This document shows positions 5,952 through 15,194 of a stretch of DNA of 37,051 bases, piece by piece. Source of the DNA: a virus (Duplodnaviria; Caudoviricetes); IMG/VR virus record IMGVR_UViG_3300044780_000032, positions 1 through 37,051 of that record; one strand, given 5' to 3'. Numbering within the stretch: position 1 is the first letter of the stretch; every line of letters begins with the position of its first letter. A program made the position numbers and the translations under genes. The notes beneath the pieces are model-generated. The model did no database searches, was not told where the DNA came from, and saw only the letters and a program-made list of their open reading frames with translations.

Positions 5952-7433
5952 ATGCCAAAAGGTCTGCCGAACGTAGCGAGTATCCCGGTCGAAGAGGCCA
6001 TTCGCCTTGGAGTACGCGATATTCCTACGTTCGGTCGGATCTGGTTCCCGCGCGCATTCCGGCAAGAGTCGCCGGCGTTTCACTACGAAATGTCGGCGCA
6101 CCTGGAGAACCCGGCGAACAGGTATATCGGACTGAGTACCTTCCGCGACTCCGCCAAGACGACGCTCGCGCGGGCGTACATCATGAAGCGGATTGCGTAT
6201 TGCATCTCCCGCACGATCATGGCGGTGAACATCAGCGCGCCGAAGGCCCAGCACACGACGCGGTGGCTGATGCGGCAGATCGAATTCAACCGCCCTTTTG
6301 CCCAGGCCTTCAAGCTGCGCAAGGGGGACAAGTGGACACCGGAGTGGTTTACCTGCATCAATGCGGAGGATCAACCAGTCAACGTCGTTGCGTCCGGGAT
6401 CACCTCCGGCCTTCGGGGCCTCAACATCGAGGACTATCGCCCGGACTTCATTTTCGCGGATGACATCAGTGATCGAGAGAACACTGCCACAGAGGACCAA
6501 CGGGCGAAGGCCAACGAGACCTTCTTCGCGCAGCTTGTCCGCTCGCTCGCGCCGAGGAGTGAGGCGCCGTTGAGTCAACTGGCCTTGGGGCAGACCCCCA
6601 TCAACTCCTACGACATCATATCACAGGCGGGTAAGGATCCGCAGTTCAAGGTGTTCAAGTATTCCTGCTTCGATGCGTCGGGACAATCGAGCTGGGCCGC
6701 GCGGCGGAGTACGGACGAACTGCTGGCGGAGAAGCAGGGGTATATCAACAGGAACATGCTATCGCTCTGGTTGGCGGAGATGGAGTGCGAGCTCGTGAGT
6801 GGCGAGACGCAATCGTTCGAGAAACGATGGCTTCGTTACTTCACCGTGTTCCCGGGTGAGGGCCAGGTCGTGATTTGTATCGACCCGGCTTCGAGCGAGG
6901 AGGCAAAGGCAGACTTCTTCGCGATTGTGGTTCTTCTGTTCCACGGCGCGAACGTCTATCTGTTGGAGTATACGCTCCAGCGAGGGATGATGCCGGATGC
7001 CGCCTGCGCCTATGTGTTCGAATACGCTCTTCGGTATGGCGCGCGTGACGTAGTGGTGGAGACGGTCGCATACCAGAAGATCCTGAAGTGGTACTTGGAG
7101 CAGGAGATCCAGAAGCGAAGGATCTGGCTCACGGTCCACAAGTACGACGACAAGAGGAATAAGGACGATCGTATGGTTCAGGCTATCACGCAGGTAGCCC
7201 CCTACGGGAATCTGTGGGTGCGGGAGGAGATGTCGGAGTTCCTCGAGGTCTTCGAGCTCTACGGCCCGGGGTATGGGGGGAAGGTGGACCTGCTCGACGC
7301 TGTGTCGATCGGAATCAGCTGGAAGATGAAGAAGGGCCAGATCGTATCGGATTACGAAGGTGAGTTCCGGCGGCTCCGGGAGGAGGATGAGGAACTTGAT
7401 GGTGGGAAGACATCTTTCATGGGAGCGCCGTGA
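5952..7433 (+). CDS. terL: Terminase large subunit
   Basis: Walker A-like FRDSAKTT, Walker B FIFADD, RNase H-like CIDPA and DLLDA; directly precedes portal. Start revised to ATG 5952. Confidence 0.92.
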   Translation: MPKGLPNVASIPVEEAIRLGVRDIPTFGRIWFPRAFRQESPAFHYEMSAHLENPANRYIGLSTFRDSAKTTLARAYIMKRIAYCISRTIMAVNISAPKAQHTTRWLMRQIEFNRPFAQAFKLRKGDKWTPEWFTCINAEDQPVNVVASGITSGLRGLNIEDYRPDFIFADDISDRENTATEDQRAKANETFFAQLVRSLAPRSEAPLSQLALGQTPINSYDIISQAGKDPQFKVFKYSCFDASGQSSWAARRSTDELLAEKQGYINRNMLSLWLAEMECELVSGETQSFEKRWLRYFTVFPGEGQVVICIDPASSEEAKADFFAIVVLLFHGANVYLLEYTLQRGMMPDAACAYVFEYALRYGARDVVVETVAYQKILKWYLEQEIQKRRIWLTVHKYDDKRNKDDRMVQAITQVAPYGNLWVREEMSEFLEVFELYGPGYGGKVDLLDAVSIGISWKMKKGQIVSDYEGEFRRLREEDEELDGGKTSFMGAP

Positions 7434-9376
7434 TGGCCACACTTCAGCCGTATATTGTGGAGATCAAGAAGGACTCGGAGAAGCATACGAAAGTGCTCTC
7501 CTTCATCATGTCGCGCGTACAGCAGGCACGGAATCGACAGTCCGATAGGCTGGACAAGTGGCAGACGGCCGAGAACATCTTTTCTGCGTATGTCAAGGAG
7601 ACAGAGGCGGACTCTCGCAGACGAACGAGCAAGAAGGAACAGGGATTCCCGACGTATACGACGGTGACAATCCCCTATTCGTACGCGACCCTTCTCACAG
7701 CGCATACGTACTGGACTAGTGTGTTTCTCGCGCGAGATCCGATTCACCAGTTTCAAGGCAACTCCGGTGAGGCGCAGGACGGTGAGCAGGCTGTCGAGGC
7801 CATGATTTCGTACTTCCTGATTACGGGGCGGAACCTCGTGCAGTACTACATCTGGCTGATGGATCAGGGGAAGTACGGGGAAGGCATTATTGGGATGACC
7901 TGGGATGTGGAGCGCACCTTCATCCCGGAGGCCAGGATAGTGCAGCCAAGCTTTGCTGGCCTCCCGGTTCCTTTCGCGACTCCGAAGAGAGAGTGGAGCT
8001 CGCGCGAAGTTATTGGGTATCAGGGGATTCGGCTGTTCAATGTACGCCCCCACGACTTTCTCCACGACCCAACCGTGACCCTGGCGAACTTTCAACAGGG
8101 TGAATTCGCGGGGCATGATGGCTTCGTCGCGATGCCGCGAATCAAGGACGGGGAGGCCCTTGGGAAGTATTACAACACGGACTACATTGAGCCCATTGCG
8201 CAGAGCCGCAGAGCCACAGGAACTAACAATCCGAACGGGTTACAGATGAGCCCGGGCATGAATCTTCCGAGCGCTGGTGGTTCCGGTGATGGGGCGATGG
8301 GGTGCGACCTGACGGAGATCACGATCGAGCTTGTGCCGCGGGATCTCGAGCTTGCCCCGCGAGATTATCTAGAGAAGTGGTCCTTCACCGTTGCGAATGA
8401 CGCGGTGATTATCAGCGCCCAGCCGCAGGGTTGGTACCATAACGAGTTTATGTATGACGTGCTGGAGCACGAAATCGAGGGGTACAACACGTCGAAGCGC
8501 GGAATGCTGGAGCTGCTCCAGCCGCTGAATGAGACCCTCGACTGGCTCTTTAATAGCCACTTCTACAACGTCCGGAAGGTCCTCAACGATCAGATCATCT
8601 ACGATCCCTCAGTCCTCGTGGCGAAGGACGTGGAGGGTCCGGGTCCTGGGAAATTGATTCGAGTCAGGCCCGAGCGCTTCGGCACGGACGTGCGGACGGC
8701 ATTCTATCAGATGGCGATTAACGACGTGACGCAGAACAATCTGCGAGATGCCGGCCTTGTGATCGAGATGATGCAGCGTCTCACTGGCGTGAACGACACG
8801 GTGATGGGGATGCTGAATAACACCCGCAGGACGGCAACGGAGGTCCGATCGAGCTCGTCCTTCTCGGTCAATCGGCTTAAGACGCAGTGCGAATACTACT
8901 CCGCAATGGGCTTCTCCCCACATGCCAGCCGCATGGTAAAGGTGGCCCAGCAAATGTACATGGGAAGGCCGGCGGACATGCGGAGGATCGTCGGGAATCA
9001 AGGTATGGCCGCGGCGCGCTTCACCGCAGTCGGGCCGGATGAGATCGCTGGGTCGTACGACTACGTGCCGGTAGATGGGACGATGCCGATTGATCGGCAG
9101 GCTCAAGCTGCGGTATTCTCCCAGATGCTGCAGCAGATGGCAGGAATCCCACAGGTGGCACAGGCCTACGACTGGGCCCGACTCTTTGGATATGGCGCAA
9201 CCCTTTCGGGCGTGCGGAATCTCGAGCGCTTCCGTGTTAATGTCGTGCCGGATGCACAGGTGCAAACGGGGGCACAGGCAGGGAATCTGGTCCCAATGAC
9301 GGCGACGGGTGTGGGAGCTCCGCAGGACATGGTGATGAATGGCGCTGGAATTAATGTAGCCACCGGGGGGCAGTAA
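7430..9376 (+). CDS. Portal protein (podovirus/P22-like size)
   Basis: 648 aa, directly after TerL; VRPHDF..DP and RRTATEV segments; Gln-rich C-terminus. Confidence 0.88.
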   Translation: MMATLQPYIVEIKKDSEKHTKVLSFIMSRVQQARNRQSDRLDKWQTAENIFSAYVKETEADSRRRTSKKEQGFPTYTTVTIPYSYATLLTAHTYWTSVFLARDPIHQFQGNSGEAQDGEQAVEAMISYFLITGRNLVQYYIWLMDQGKYGEGIIGMTWDVERTFIPEARIVQPSFAGLPVPFATPKREWSSREVIGYQGIRLFNVRPHDFLHDPTVTLANFQQGEFAGHDGFVAMPRIKDGEALGKYYNTDYIEPIAQSRRATGTNNPNGLQMSPGMNLPSAGGSGDGAMGCDLTEITIELVPRDLELAPRDYLEKWSFTVANDAVIISAQPQGWYHNEFMYDVLEHEIEGYNTSKRGMLELLQPLNETLDWLFNSHFYNVRKVLNDQIIYDPSVLVAKDVEGPGPGKLIRVRPERFGTDVRTAFYQMAINDVTQNNLRDAGLVIEMMQRLTGVNDTVMGMLNNTRRTATEVRSSSSFSVNRLKTQCEYYSAMGFSPHASRMVKVAQQMYMGRPADMRRIVGNQGMAAARFTAVGPDEIAGSYDYVPVDGTMPIDRQAQAAVFSQMLQQMAGIPQVAQAYDWARLFGYGATLSGVRNLERFRVNVVPDAQVQTGAQAGNLVPMTATGVGAPQDMVMNGAGINVATGGQ

Positions 9377-9666
9377 TGGACAAGGCAATCGAGTTTGACA
9401 GTCTGCGCCAACTCCTTGAAAATGCGCGAGCAATCAAGCAAATGCCTGCGTTCCAGAGGTGGGAGCAGGTGGTAAAGGCCCAGATTGATGGCCGTGCGCG
9501 GATGGCGCTGAACCCAATCAAATCTGTGGATGAGGCGATGGAACGGAACTACATGAATGGGGAGGGCGCCGGTCTGATGAATGCAGTCGGGCATTGGGAT
9601 CTGATGATCGAAACCCTCGAGACCGAGGTTCAACGAATGCTGGAGGATATGGACAATGAGGATTAG
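9376..9666 (+). CDS. Small helical protein between portal and scaffold, 96 aa
   Basis: TAATG coupling; position typical of podovirus head modules. Confidence 0.75.
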   Translation: MDKAIEFDSLRQLLENARAIKQMPAFQRWEQVVKAQIDGRARMALNPIKSVDEAMERNYMNGEGAGLMNAVGHWDLMIETLETEVQRMLEDMDNED

Positions 9667-10585
9667 CGTCAGCAAGATGGACAAAGAAGGCGCGCCGAGC
9701 ATCGCCGGCGGGGGTGCCGTACTGGCCCCGCAGGAGCCGAAAGACGACAAACTTCCTGCGCCGGACGAAGCGTCTGACGTTAAATGGGACTCTCTCGCCG
9801 ACGATCTGGACGAGGTCGAGGATGACGAGCTCCCGGAAGCTGATCCTACAGGAACGCCAGCGGGCGAGGCGCCTGCGCCGGTAGCGACACCTCCTGCCAC
9901 TCCGGCAACGCCCGCCGCACCCGCTGGTGCTCCTCCCGCAGCCCCGGCTGCCGCGACTCCACCTGCGACACCCGCGCCCACGACTCCTGTGACGCCGGCC
10001 CCGACGCAGGAGGAAATCGCGCAGCAACAGCAGCAGGCCCGCGACAACATTCGCAACAGCCTGCGGGACATGTACGCGACTGGCCTTACGGACGACGACA
10101 AAGCCGCCCTGATTACCAGCCCGGACACGGTTATTCCGCAGATGATGGCGCAGGCCGCACTGGACGGAGCACAGCTGGCGATGGCGCATATGGCACAAGC
10201 GCTACCGCAGATGCTGGACTCCCACATCCAACGGGGGCGTGGGGCGGATCAGGCCTGGAGCGAGTTCTACTCGGCAAACGCAGACCTTAATAAGCCGGAG
10301 TACCGTCCGGCAATTGAGGCTTCGTTGCGAGCGGTCAAGGCAATGGGACTGAAGCTGTCGAAAGAAGAAGCGATAGCTAAGGTCGGACAGTTCACGCGTG
10401 ATATACTGAAGCTGCCGGCGCAGGGCACGGGTTCTCCGCCTGTGAGCACCCCCGCCGCCTCAGTACAGACCGCTGCGCCTGTCGCGCCGTTTACCCCGGT
10501 TGCGCGAGGAAGGGCCGCCCCAGCGCCCTCCAAGCCCGCGCAGAAAAGCGGCTGGGACCAATTTCTTACGGACGACGAGGACTAA
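9656..10585 (+). CDS. Capsid scaffolding protein
   Basis: Acidic N-terminus, long Pro/Ala/Thr low-complexity linker, helical core; immediately upstream of the capsid gene. Confidence 0.75.
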   Translation: MRISVSKMDKEGAPSIAGGGAVLAPQEPKDDKLPAPDEASDVKWDSLADDLDEVEDDELPEADPTGTPAGEAPAPVATPPATPATPAAPAGAPPAAPAAATPPATPAPTTPVTPAPTQEEIAQQQQQARDNIRNSLRDMYATGLTDDDKAALITSPDTVIPQMMAQAALDGAQLAMAHMAQALPQMLDSHIQRGRGADQAWSEFYSANADLNKPEYRPAIEASLRAVKAMGLKLSKEEAIAKVGQFTRDILKLPAQGTGSPPVSTPAASVQTAAPVAPFTPVARGRAAPAPSKPAQKSGWDQFLTDDED

Positions 10586-10588
10586 ACT

Positions 10589-11785
10589 ATGCCTTCCATT
10601 GCGGGCCTTCGGGGAACCGGAGACTGGACCACGGACCAGCGCCCCAAAAACTTTCGTGAAACCATCTTGTGGAGACAGCCCAACGGCATGGCTCCGCTCA
10701 CCGCGCTGCTCTCGAAGATGAAGTCCGAGTCGACCGACGACCCGGAATTCGCCTGGTACGAAGAGCAACTCAACTCGGTCCGAGTCACGGAGACGACTGG
10801 CCTCGCGGCCAACTCCGGCTCGACCACGATCAATGCGTCCGGCGGCGGGCTCTTTGACCTCGTCGCGGGCGACCTGCTCCTCGTGGAGAAGGCGGATCAA
10901 GCGGCGTACGACAACGAACTGATCGAGGTTGCATCGGTAGCCACCGACACGCAGGCTACGGTCGTTCGCGGAGCGGCGGGTACCACGATTGCTGCCATCC
11001 CGGCTTCGACCTCGCTGACGAAGATCGGAAACGTCTTCGCGGAAGGTACGGGCGCGCCGACGGCAAGCAGCCGAAACCCGACGAAGAAAAACAACTTCAC
11101 GCAGATCTTCAAGACGATCTATGACATCACCGGCACGGCCAGTGTTACGCGGACCCGTACTGGTGATCCGGTCCAGACCGACAAGAAGCGTAAGATGTTC
11201 GACCACTCGATCGCGCTGGAGTGGGCGTTTCTCTTCGGCGTGAAGAACGAAACGACGGGGTCCAACGGCAAGCCGAAGCGCTACACCGGTGGCATCCGAA
11301 GCTTCATCACGACGAACCGTACGATCTTCGCGACGACGCCGACGGTGACGACGCTCCTGAATGCGCTCTTCCCTGTCTTTGACTACCAGTCCGAGGCCGG
11401 CTCTGAGCGTATCGCGTTCTGTGGCAACGGCGCGCTCAACGCGCTGAATCTGCTGATCGCGAACCAGACCAACGTGCGTATCAACTTCGGCGACACGGTC
11501 AAGGTCTACGGGATGAACTTCGAAACGTTCAAAATCCCGCAGGGGACGATCTACCTCAAGAGCCATCCGCTTCTCAACACCCACGCCAGGTACACGAACT
11601 CGATGTTCGTCCTGGATCCGACGGTGCTCCGTTACCGCTTCATGAAAGGGCGGGACACGGACTTCCAGGACAACATCCAGAACAACGATGAGGACCGGAA
11701 GAAGGGGATGTGGCTCACGGAGTGCGGACTCGAGTTCCACCACGAGCGGACGACGGCCTACCTCGGCAACGTCACGTTCCCCTGA
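10589..11785 (+). CDS. Major capsid protein (HK97 fold expected; SU10/DUF5309-like)
   Basis: 398 aa; NFTQIF, LEWAFLFG, RYTGGIRSFI and GMWLTECGLE segments; strong codon bias; followed by a terminator. Confidence 0.9.
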   Translation: MPSIAGLRGTGDWTTDQRPKNFRETILWRQPNGMAPLTALLSKMKSESTDDPEFAWYEEQLNSVRVTETTGLAANSGSTTINASGGGLFDLVAGDLLLVEKADQAAYDNELIEVASVATDTQATVVRGAAGTTIAAIPASTSLTKIGNVFAEGTGAPTASSRNPTKKNNFTQIFKTIYDITGTASVTRTRTGDPVQTDKKRKMFDHSIALEWAFLFGVKNETTGSNGKPKRYTGGIRSFITTNRTIFATTPTVTTLLNALFPVFDYQSEAGSERIAFCGNGALNALNLLIANQTNVRINFGDTVKVYGMNFETFKIPQGTIYLKSHPLLNTHARYTNSMFVLDPTVLRYRFMKGRDTDFQDNIQNNDEDRKKGMWLTECGLEFHHERTTAYLGNVTFP

Positions 11786-11825
11786 TCTGATGCGGTAGTC
11801 CTGTCTGTAGGGGGCGGGACTTTTC

Positions 11826-11852
11826 AAGGGGAGACTAGTTCTCCCCTTTTTT
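11826..11852 (+). terminator. Rho-independent terminator after the capsid gene
   Basis: AAGGGGAGA-CTAGT-TCTCCCCTT followed by further Ts. Confidence 0.85.
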
Positions 11853-11875
11853 CCAGATAGCGCAGGAGCTATTTA

Positions 11876-12634
11876 ATGGACATTGGCGGGAAACAGATAC
11901 CTCTCAAGCCGATCAAGGTGCTCATCGGCATTCCTTCGCGCGGCGACTTCAAGGCGGACATGGCACTGAGTCTCGTGTTCATGATTCACAATCTTACGTC
12001 GAACCCTATTGTCAAGATCGGAAATTCGCCGCGGTACATAAGCTGGCATATTCAGCGCCTCAGCAGCAGTATGCTGTACTCCCTTCGCCAGAAAATGGTG
12101 GATACCGCCCTCGATGCGGACGTGGACTATCTCCTCTTCCTCGACGACGATATGGTGTTCCCGGGAGAGCTGCTGCATGCCTGGCTTGCTGCGGATCGGG
12201 CAGTGATCGCGGCGAACTGTCCGACGCGGGGAGTTCCAACAAACCCGACGGCAAGGAGTGCGTCTGCGCGAAACCCCAAGGGTGAGATGGTGTATAGCGA
12301 CATCGCGCACCTTCGGTGGGAAAAGGTCTGGCGTGTCGGGACGGGGATTTGTCTCCTGCGTCGTGACGCACTCAAAGCCCTGCCGCGGCCCGCATTTCAG
12401 CCGCATTGGGTGGAGGAACTCGAAGATTTCTGCGGCGAGGATTGGGCAATGATGGAGCATCTTGAGCGCGCCGGCATTCCGATCTATATTGACAACGAAA
12501 TATCTCTCGGTGTCGGTCATATCGGAGAGATGACCTTCACTCATGAGATGGTGGCGGGGAGCCGGAAAGCGGAGAATCAACTGGTCACAATCAATCCCCC
12601 GTTGATTGTGCCCGATCGTGTTAAGGAGCTCTGA
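11876..12634 (+). CDS. GT-A fold (GT2-like) glycosyltransferase
   Basis: VLIGIP first strand, DYLLFLDDD (DxD), GTGICL, GEDW and VGH motifs; AGGAG RBS. Confidence 0.8.
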   Translation: MDIGGKQIPLKPIKVLIGIPSRGDFKADMALSLVFMIHNLTSNPIVKIGNSPRYISWHIQRLSSSMLYSLRQKMVDTALDADVDYLLFLDDDMVFPGELLHAWLAADRAVIAANCPTRGVPTNPTARSASARNPKGEMVYSDIAHLRWEKVWRVGTGICLLRRDALKALPRPAFQPHWVEELEDFCGEDWAMMEHLERAGIPIYIDNEISLGVGHIGEMTFTHEMVAGSRKAENQLVTINPPLIVPDRVKEL

Positions 12635-13278
12635 TGAACCGAACGGCCATCCTTAACTTGGTGCTGGGCCGAATCGGGCGCCGTGAGGCGGATACATATC
12701 TGCTCGGGCAGGCGAAGGTGGAATTGGGGCTGATCCAGGAGCGCCTCGAGACTGACGCTTTCCTTCCGTGGTTCCTGATCAGCACGGAACAGTCATTGAC
12801 GCTCACGGCGACGAATCGAAGTGTGGCGCTGCCGGCGGATTTCCTTCGTGAGTGGGACCAGTTTCCGGTGTACCTGTACGACGCAACGCAGGCAGACCCG
12901 TACACGCGGCTGAACAAGGATGAGTTCGACGTGCTGGAATCGAAGTACGCCGGGGCTGCAGGGCCGCCGGCGGAGTACGCACTTAACGGAGTGAGCCTCG
13001 AGTTCTTCCCCACTCCGACCGCCGGTGCGACCGCTCGGTGGAAGTACTATCAGGAGCAGGCGCCGCTTTCGGATACGATCCTCGACAACGCCTGGACGGC
13101 GAATGCGACAGATCTGCTTGTGGCCGAGCTCACCACGATCATGGCCGCGTATAAGCAGAACGACTACTGGTCTAAGAAAGGGGCGAATGACATTGTCATG
13201 GCGCGCCGCCGACTGATTGCGTTTCATTTGGCCCGGGAACAGGAGTCGCGGGACGCCACAATGGGAGATGCGGAATGA
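12634..13278 (+). CDS. Head-tail adaptor / tail tubular protein A-like
   Basis: 214 aa; VALPADFL and GPP.EYAL...LEFFPTP segments; position after the head genes. Confidence 0.75.
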   Translation: MNRTAILNLVLGRIGRREADTYLLGQAKVELGLIQERLETDAFLPWFLISTEQSLTLTATNRSVALPADFLREWDQFPVYLYDATQADPYTRLNKDEFDVLESKYAGAAGPPAEYALNGVSLEFFPTPTAGATARWKYYQEQAPLSDTILDNAWTANATDLLVAELTTIMAAYKQNDYWSKKGANDIVMARRRLIAFHLAREQESRDATMGDAE

Positions 13279-13793
13279 CCGTCGAATCGGCAAACTTTGT
13301 CAATCAGTTCGTATCGGCAAACCCGGCTGGGACAGACGCCAAGTCCGAGGGGGACGACCACATTCGGCTGATCAAGAACGCCATAGTCGCCTCCTTTCCG
13401 AACATCGGCGGGCCAGTTGGGGCGGCGTCAGCCGATCTGGCTGCAATGGGCGATGGCATTGGGAGCGTCACTGCGTCGAACTGTACCACAAGCGGCTTTC
13501 TCCGTAAGGGCGTAGACGGACTCCTGCTCGGCTACATCAAGGCGGTACAGACGACAACTATTCTGGGTACGTGGACGCTGCCTGCCGGATTTCGTCCAAC
13601 CGTAGATTGCGACTTCGTCGGCACCTATGTTGACAATTCCGGAGGTGGGGCAGGTACGATCCTGACGGCGCGGTTCACTTTGACGGCTAGCACTGGCGCA
13701 ATGGCCCTTGTGTCGTGGCACAACAACGGCTCCCCCGGAACTCCCGGTATCGGAGATCAGATGCTTGTCCCGTTTGCCTTCCCAACACGGTAA
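13275..13793 (+). CDS. Short tail fibre / receptor-binding protein, copy 1
   Basis: N-terminal NP.GTD.KSEGDDHIRLIK...FPN anchor-like motif; TLPAGFRP head motif. Confidence 0.7.
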   Translation: MTVESANFVNQFVSANPAGTDAKSEGDDHIRLIKNAIVASFPNIGGPVGAASADLAAMGDGIGSVTASNCTTSGFLRKGVDGLLLGYIKAVQTTTILGTWTLPAGFRPTVDCDFVGTYVDNSGGGAGTILTARFTLTASTGAMALVSWHNNGSPGTPGIGDQMLVPFAFPTR

Positions 13794-13798
13794 CGACG

Positions 13799-14329
13799 AT
13801 GACTGTCGAATCTGCTACGTTCGTCAATCAACTGAACAGCTCCCTGCCGGCAGGCTCTGACATCAAGTCGGAAGGAGACGACCATCTTCGTCTGATAAAG
13901 GCAGTTTCACTTGCCTCATTCCCGTCGGTGGGAGCTGCTGTCGGTGCAGGCCACGCCGACCTTGCAGCGATGGGGAATGGGTTTGCGAGTATTACGACGT
14001 CTTTCTGCACGATCAATTCGGGATTCCTGCGCCGTGGCGTAGCTGGCCTTGTTGTCGGTTATCTGTTCGTCACGATGACAGCCAACAATGTGTTTCCTGT
14101 TATATTCTTGCCAGCGGGGTATCGCCCGACTGTCGCGTTCAAGTTTGTCTCGACGTACAAGTCAATGACTGCCCCGTTTGCCGGAATCAATTTCAGCATA
14201 ACCAGCGATATGGATATCACTGGCGCCCTGAACGTGATGACCTTTCATGCAGCCGGTATAAACCCCGCGCCAAATAACCTGTTCGTGGGAGATCAGGTGA
14301 TAATGGCATTCTCTTTTCCGTCGAGGTAG
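13799..14329 (+). CDS. Short tail fibre / receptor-binding protein, copy 2 (full-length paralogue of copy 1)
   Basis: Start set at ATG 13799 (MTVES...) by alignment with copy 1; shares KSEGDDH.RLIK, ADLAAMG, SGFLR.GV, LPAG.RPTV, GDQ and FP.R. Confidence 0.75.
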   Translation: MTVESATFVNQLNSSLPAGSDIKSEGDDHLRLIKAVSLASFPSVGAAVGAGHADLAAMGNGFASITTSFCTINSGFLRRGVAGLVVGYLFVTMTANNVFPVIFLPAGYRPTVAFKFVSTYKSMTAPFAGINFSITSDMDITGALNVMTFHAAGINPAPNNLFVGDQVIMAFSFPSR

Positions 14330-14332
14330 CCC

Positions 14333-14929
14333 ATGACGCCAGCACAGGTAAAGGCGGTATTCTCCGTGATTGTGGCCCTTACCCTTCTTGGCGTCGGTGC
14401 GTACATGGCATGGAGCTACAAGCATGCGATTGAGGCGGCAAAGACTGCGGAGATGGCCGCGAGTGGTTATAAAGCTGCAATGAACTACTGGGTGACGGAG
14501 CAAGCGCAAACAGATAAGGACAGGAGGGATCAGAATGAACTGGCTACGCAACAAACTCAGCGTCTTGTGGCTGCAAATCAACAGGTGGCTGCCCTTAGAG
14601 GCCAGTTGGAGCGCCTCAAAGGAACAGTGGGATCAGGAGCCCCAGGACAAACTGCAGCAGCTGGCGTGGAAAATCCTGACATGGGCACTCGTGTTTGGCT
14701 TGATTCTCCTGTTCCTAGCGACGTGCGGAGGTTGCGCCGCCGCATTGCCGGTTGTTCCACAGATCTTGCCCTGCCGTGCCCCGGAAGTCAGCCTTCAGCC
14801 GACCCCGGAACCCCAGATGCAGGATATGACGACGCAGGAGCTGGTCGTCGAGAACGAGCTGGTCCGGAGCGCCTTACGCAGTTGCAATACCGACAAGGCG
14901 GACGTACTTCGGTACCTGAAGGTCCGTGA
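14333..14929 (+). CDS. Rz: Inner-membrane spanin (Rz-like)
   Basis: N-terminal TM, coiled-coil region, WLDSPVPSDVRRL segment; overlapped by a lipoprotein ORF. Confidence 0.75.
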   Translation: MTPAQVKAVFSVIVALTLLGVGAYMAWSYKHAIEAAKTAEMAASGYKAAMNYWVTEQAQTDKDRRDQNELATQQTQRLVAANQQVAALRGQLERLKGTVGSGAPGQTAAAGVENPDMGTRVWLDSPVPSDVRRLRRRIAGCSTDLALPCPGSQPSADPGTPDAGYDDAGAGRRERAGPERLTQLQYRQGGRTSVPEGP

Positions 14930-14945
14930 AACACAACATAACTGA
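14535..14945 (+). CDS. Rz1: Outer-membrane lipoprotein spanin (Rz1-like), start uncertain
   Basis: +1 frame within Rz; hydrophobic stretch then LATC/GGC lipobox-like cysteines, Pro-rich segment and ALRSCNTDK C-terminus; AGGAGG before ATG 14535. Confidence 0.7.
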   Translation: MNWLRNKLSVLWLQINRWLPLEASWSASKEQWDQEPQDKLQQLAWKILTWALVFGLILLFLATCGGCAAALPVVPQILPCRAPEVSLQPTPEPQMQDMTTQELVVENELVRSALRSCNTDKADVLRYLKVRETQHN

Positions 14946-14955
14946 AGGAGGTTGT

Positions 14956-15183
14956 ATGACGGAGAAAGCAAAAGTTTCGGATGTTCAGCCACAGCCCGAA
15001 CCCTCCCCCCAGGGCGGCGGCGTGACCGGAACCGGGACGGTAGTAGCGTCGGCCAATAACGTCAGAGTGTACGTCAATGGCATTCCGCAGACAGGCACTA
15101 TTTACCTGCGGCAAGTTGGCGATGGCGGGTGGTCGATCGAGAAGGTCGATCTTAAGTCCGTGTTCGAGGTTGGAGGCGAATAA
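14956..15183 (+). CDS. Hypothetical protein, 75 aa
   Basis: AAGGAGG RBS before ATG 14956; fills the gap between spanins and holin. Confidence 0.7.
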   Translation: MTEKAKVSDVQPQPEPSPQGGGVTGTGTVVASANNVRVYVNGIPQTGTIYLRQVGDGGWSIEKVDLKSVFEVGGE

Positions 15184-15194
15184 ACGGGGGAGCT

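Noticed and set aside
11777-11800. CCC-TGA 'shifty stop' at the end of the capsid gene, suggesting a frameshifted capsid extension
   Set aside because: The +1 frame stops after five codons (CCT GAT CTG ATG CGG TAG), the -1 frame stops almost at once, and a terminator follows.
10460-11827. Long antisense ORFs (for example 10460-11827, 27076-28752, 9166-10227, 22403-23422)
   Set aside because: They are shadows of GC3-biased genes on the opposite strand, with no RBS or recognisable motifs.
13715-13798. Open -1 frame that could fuse mini-fibre 1 to mini-fibre 2
   Set aside because: No canonical X XXY YYZ slippery heptamer was found, and copy 2 has its own ATG matching the start of copy 1.
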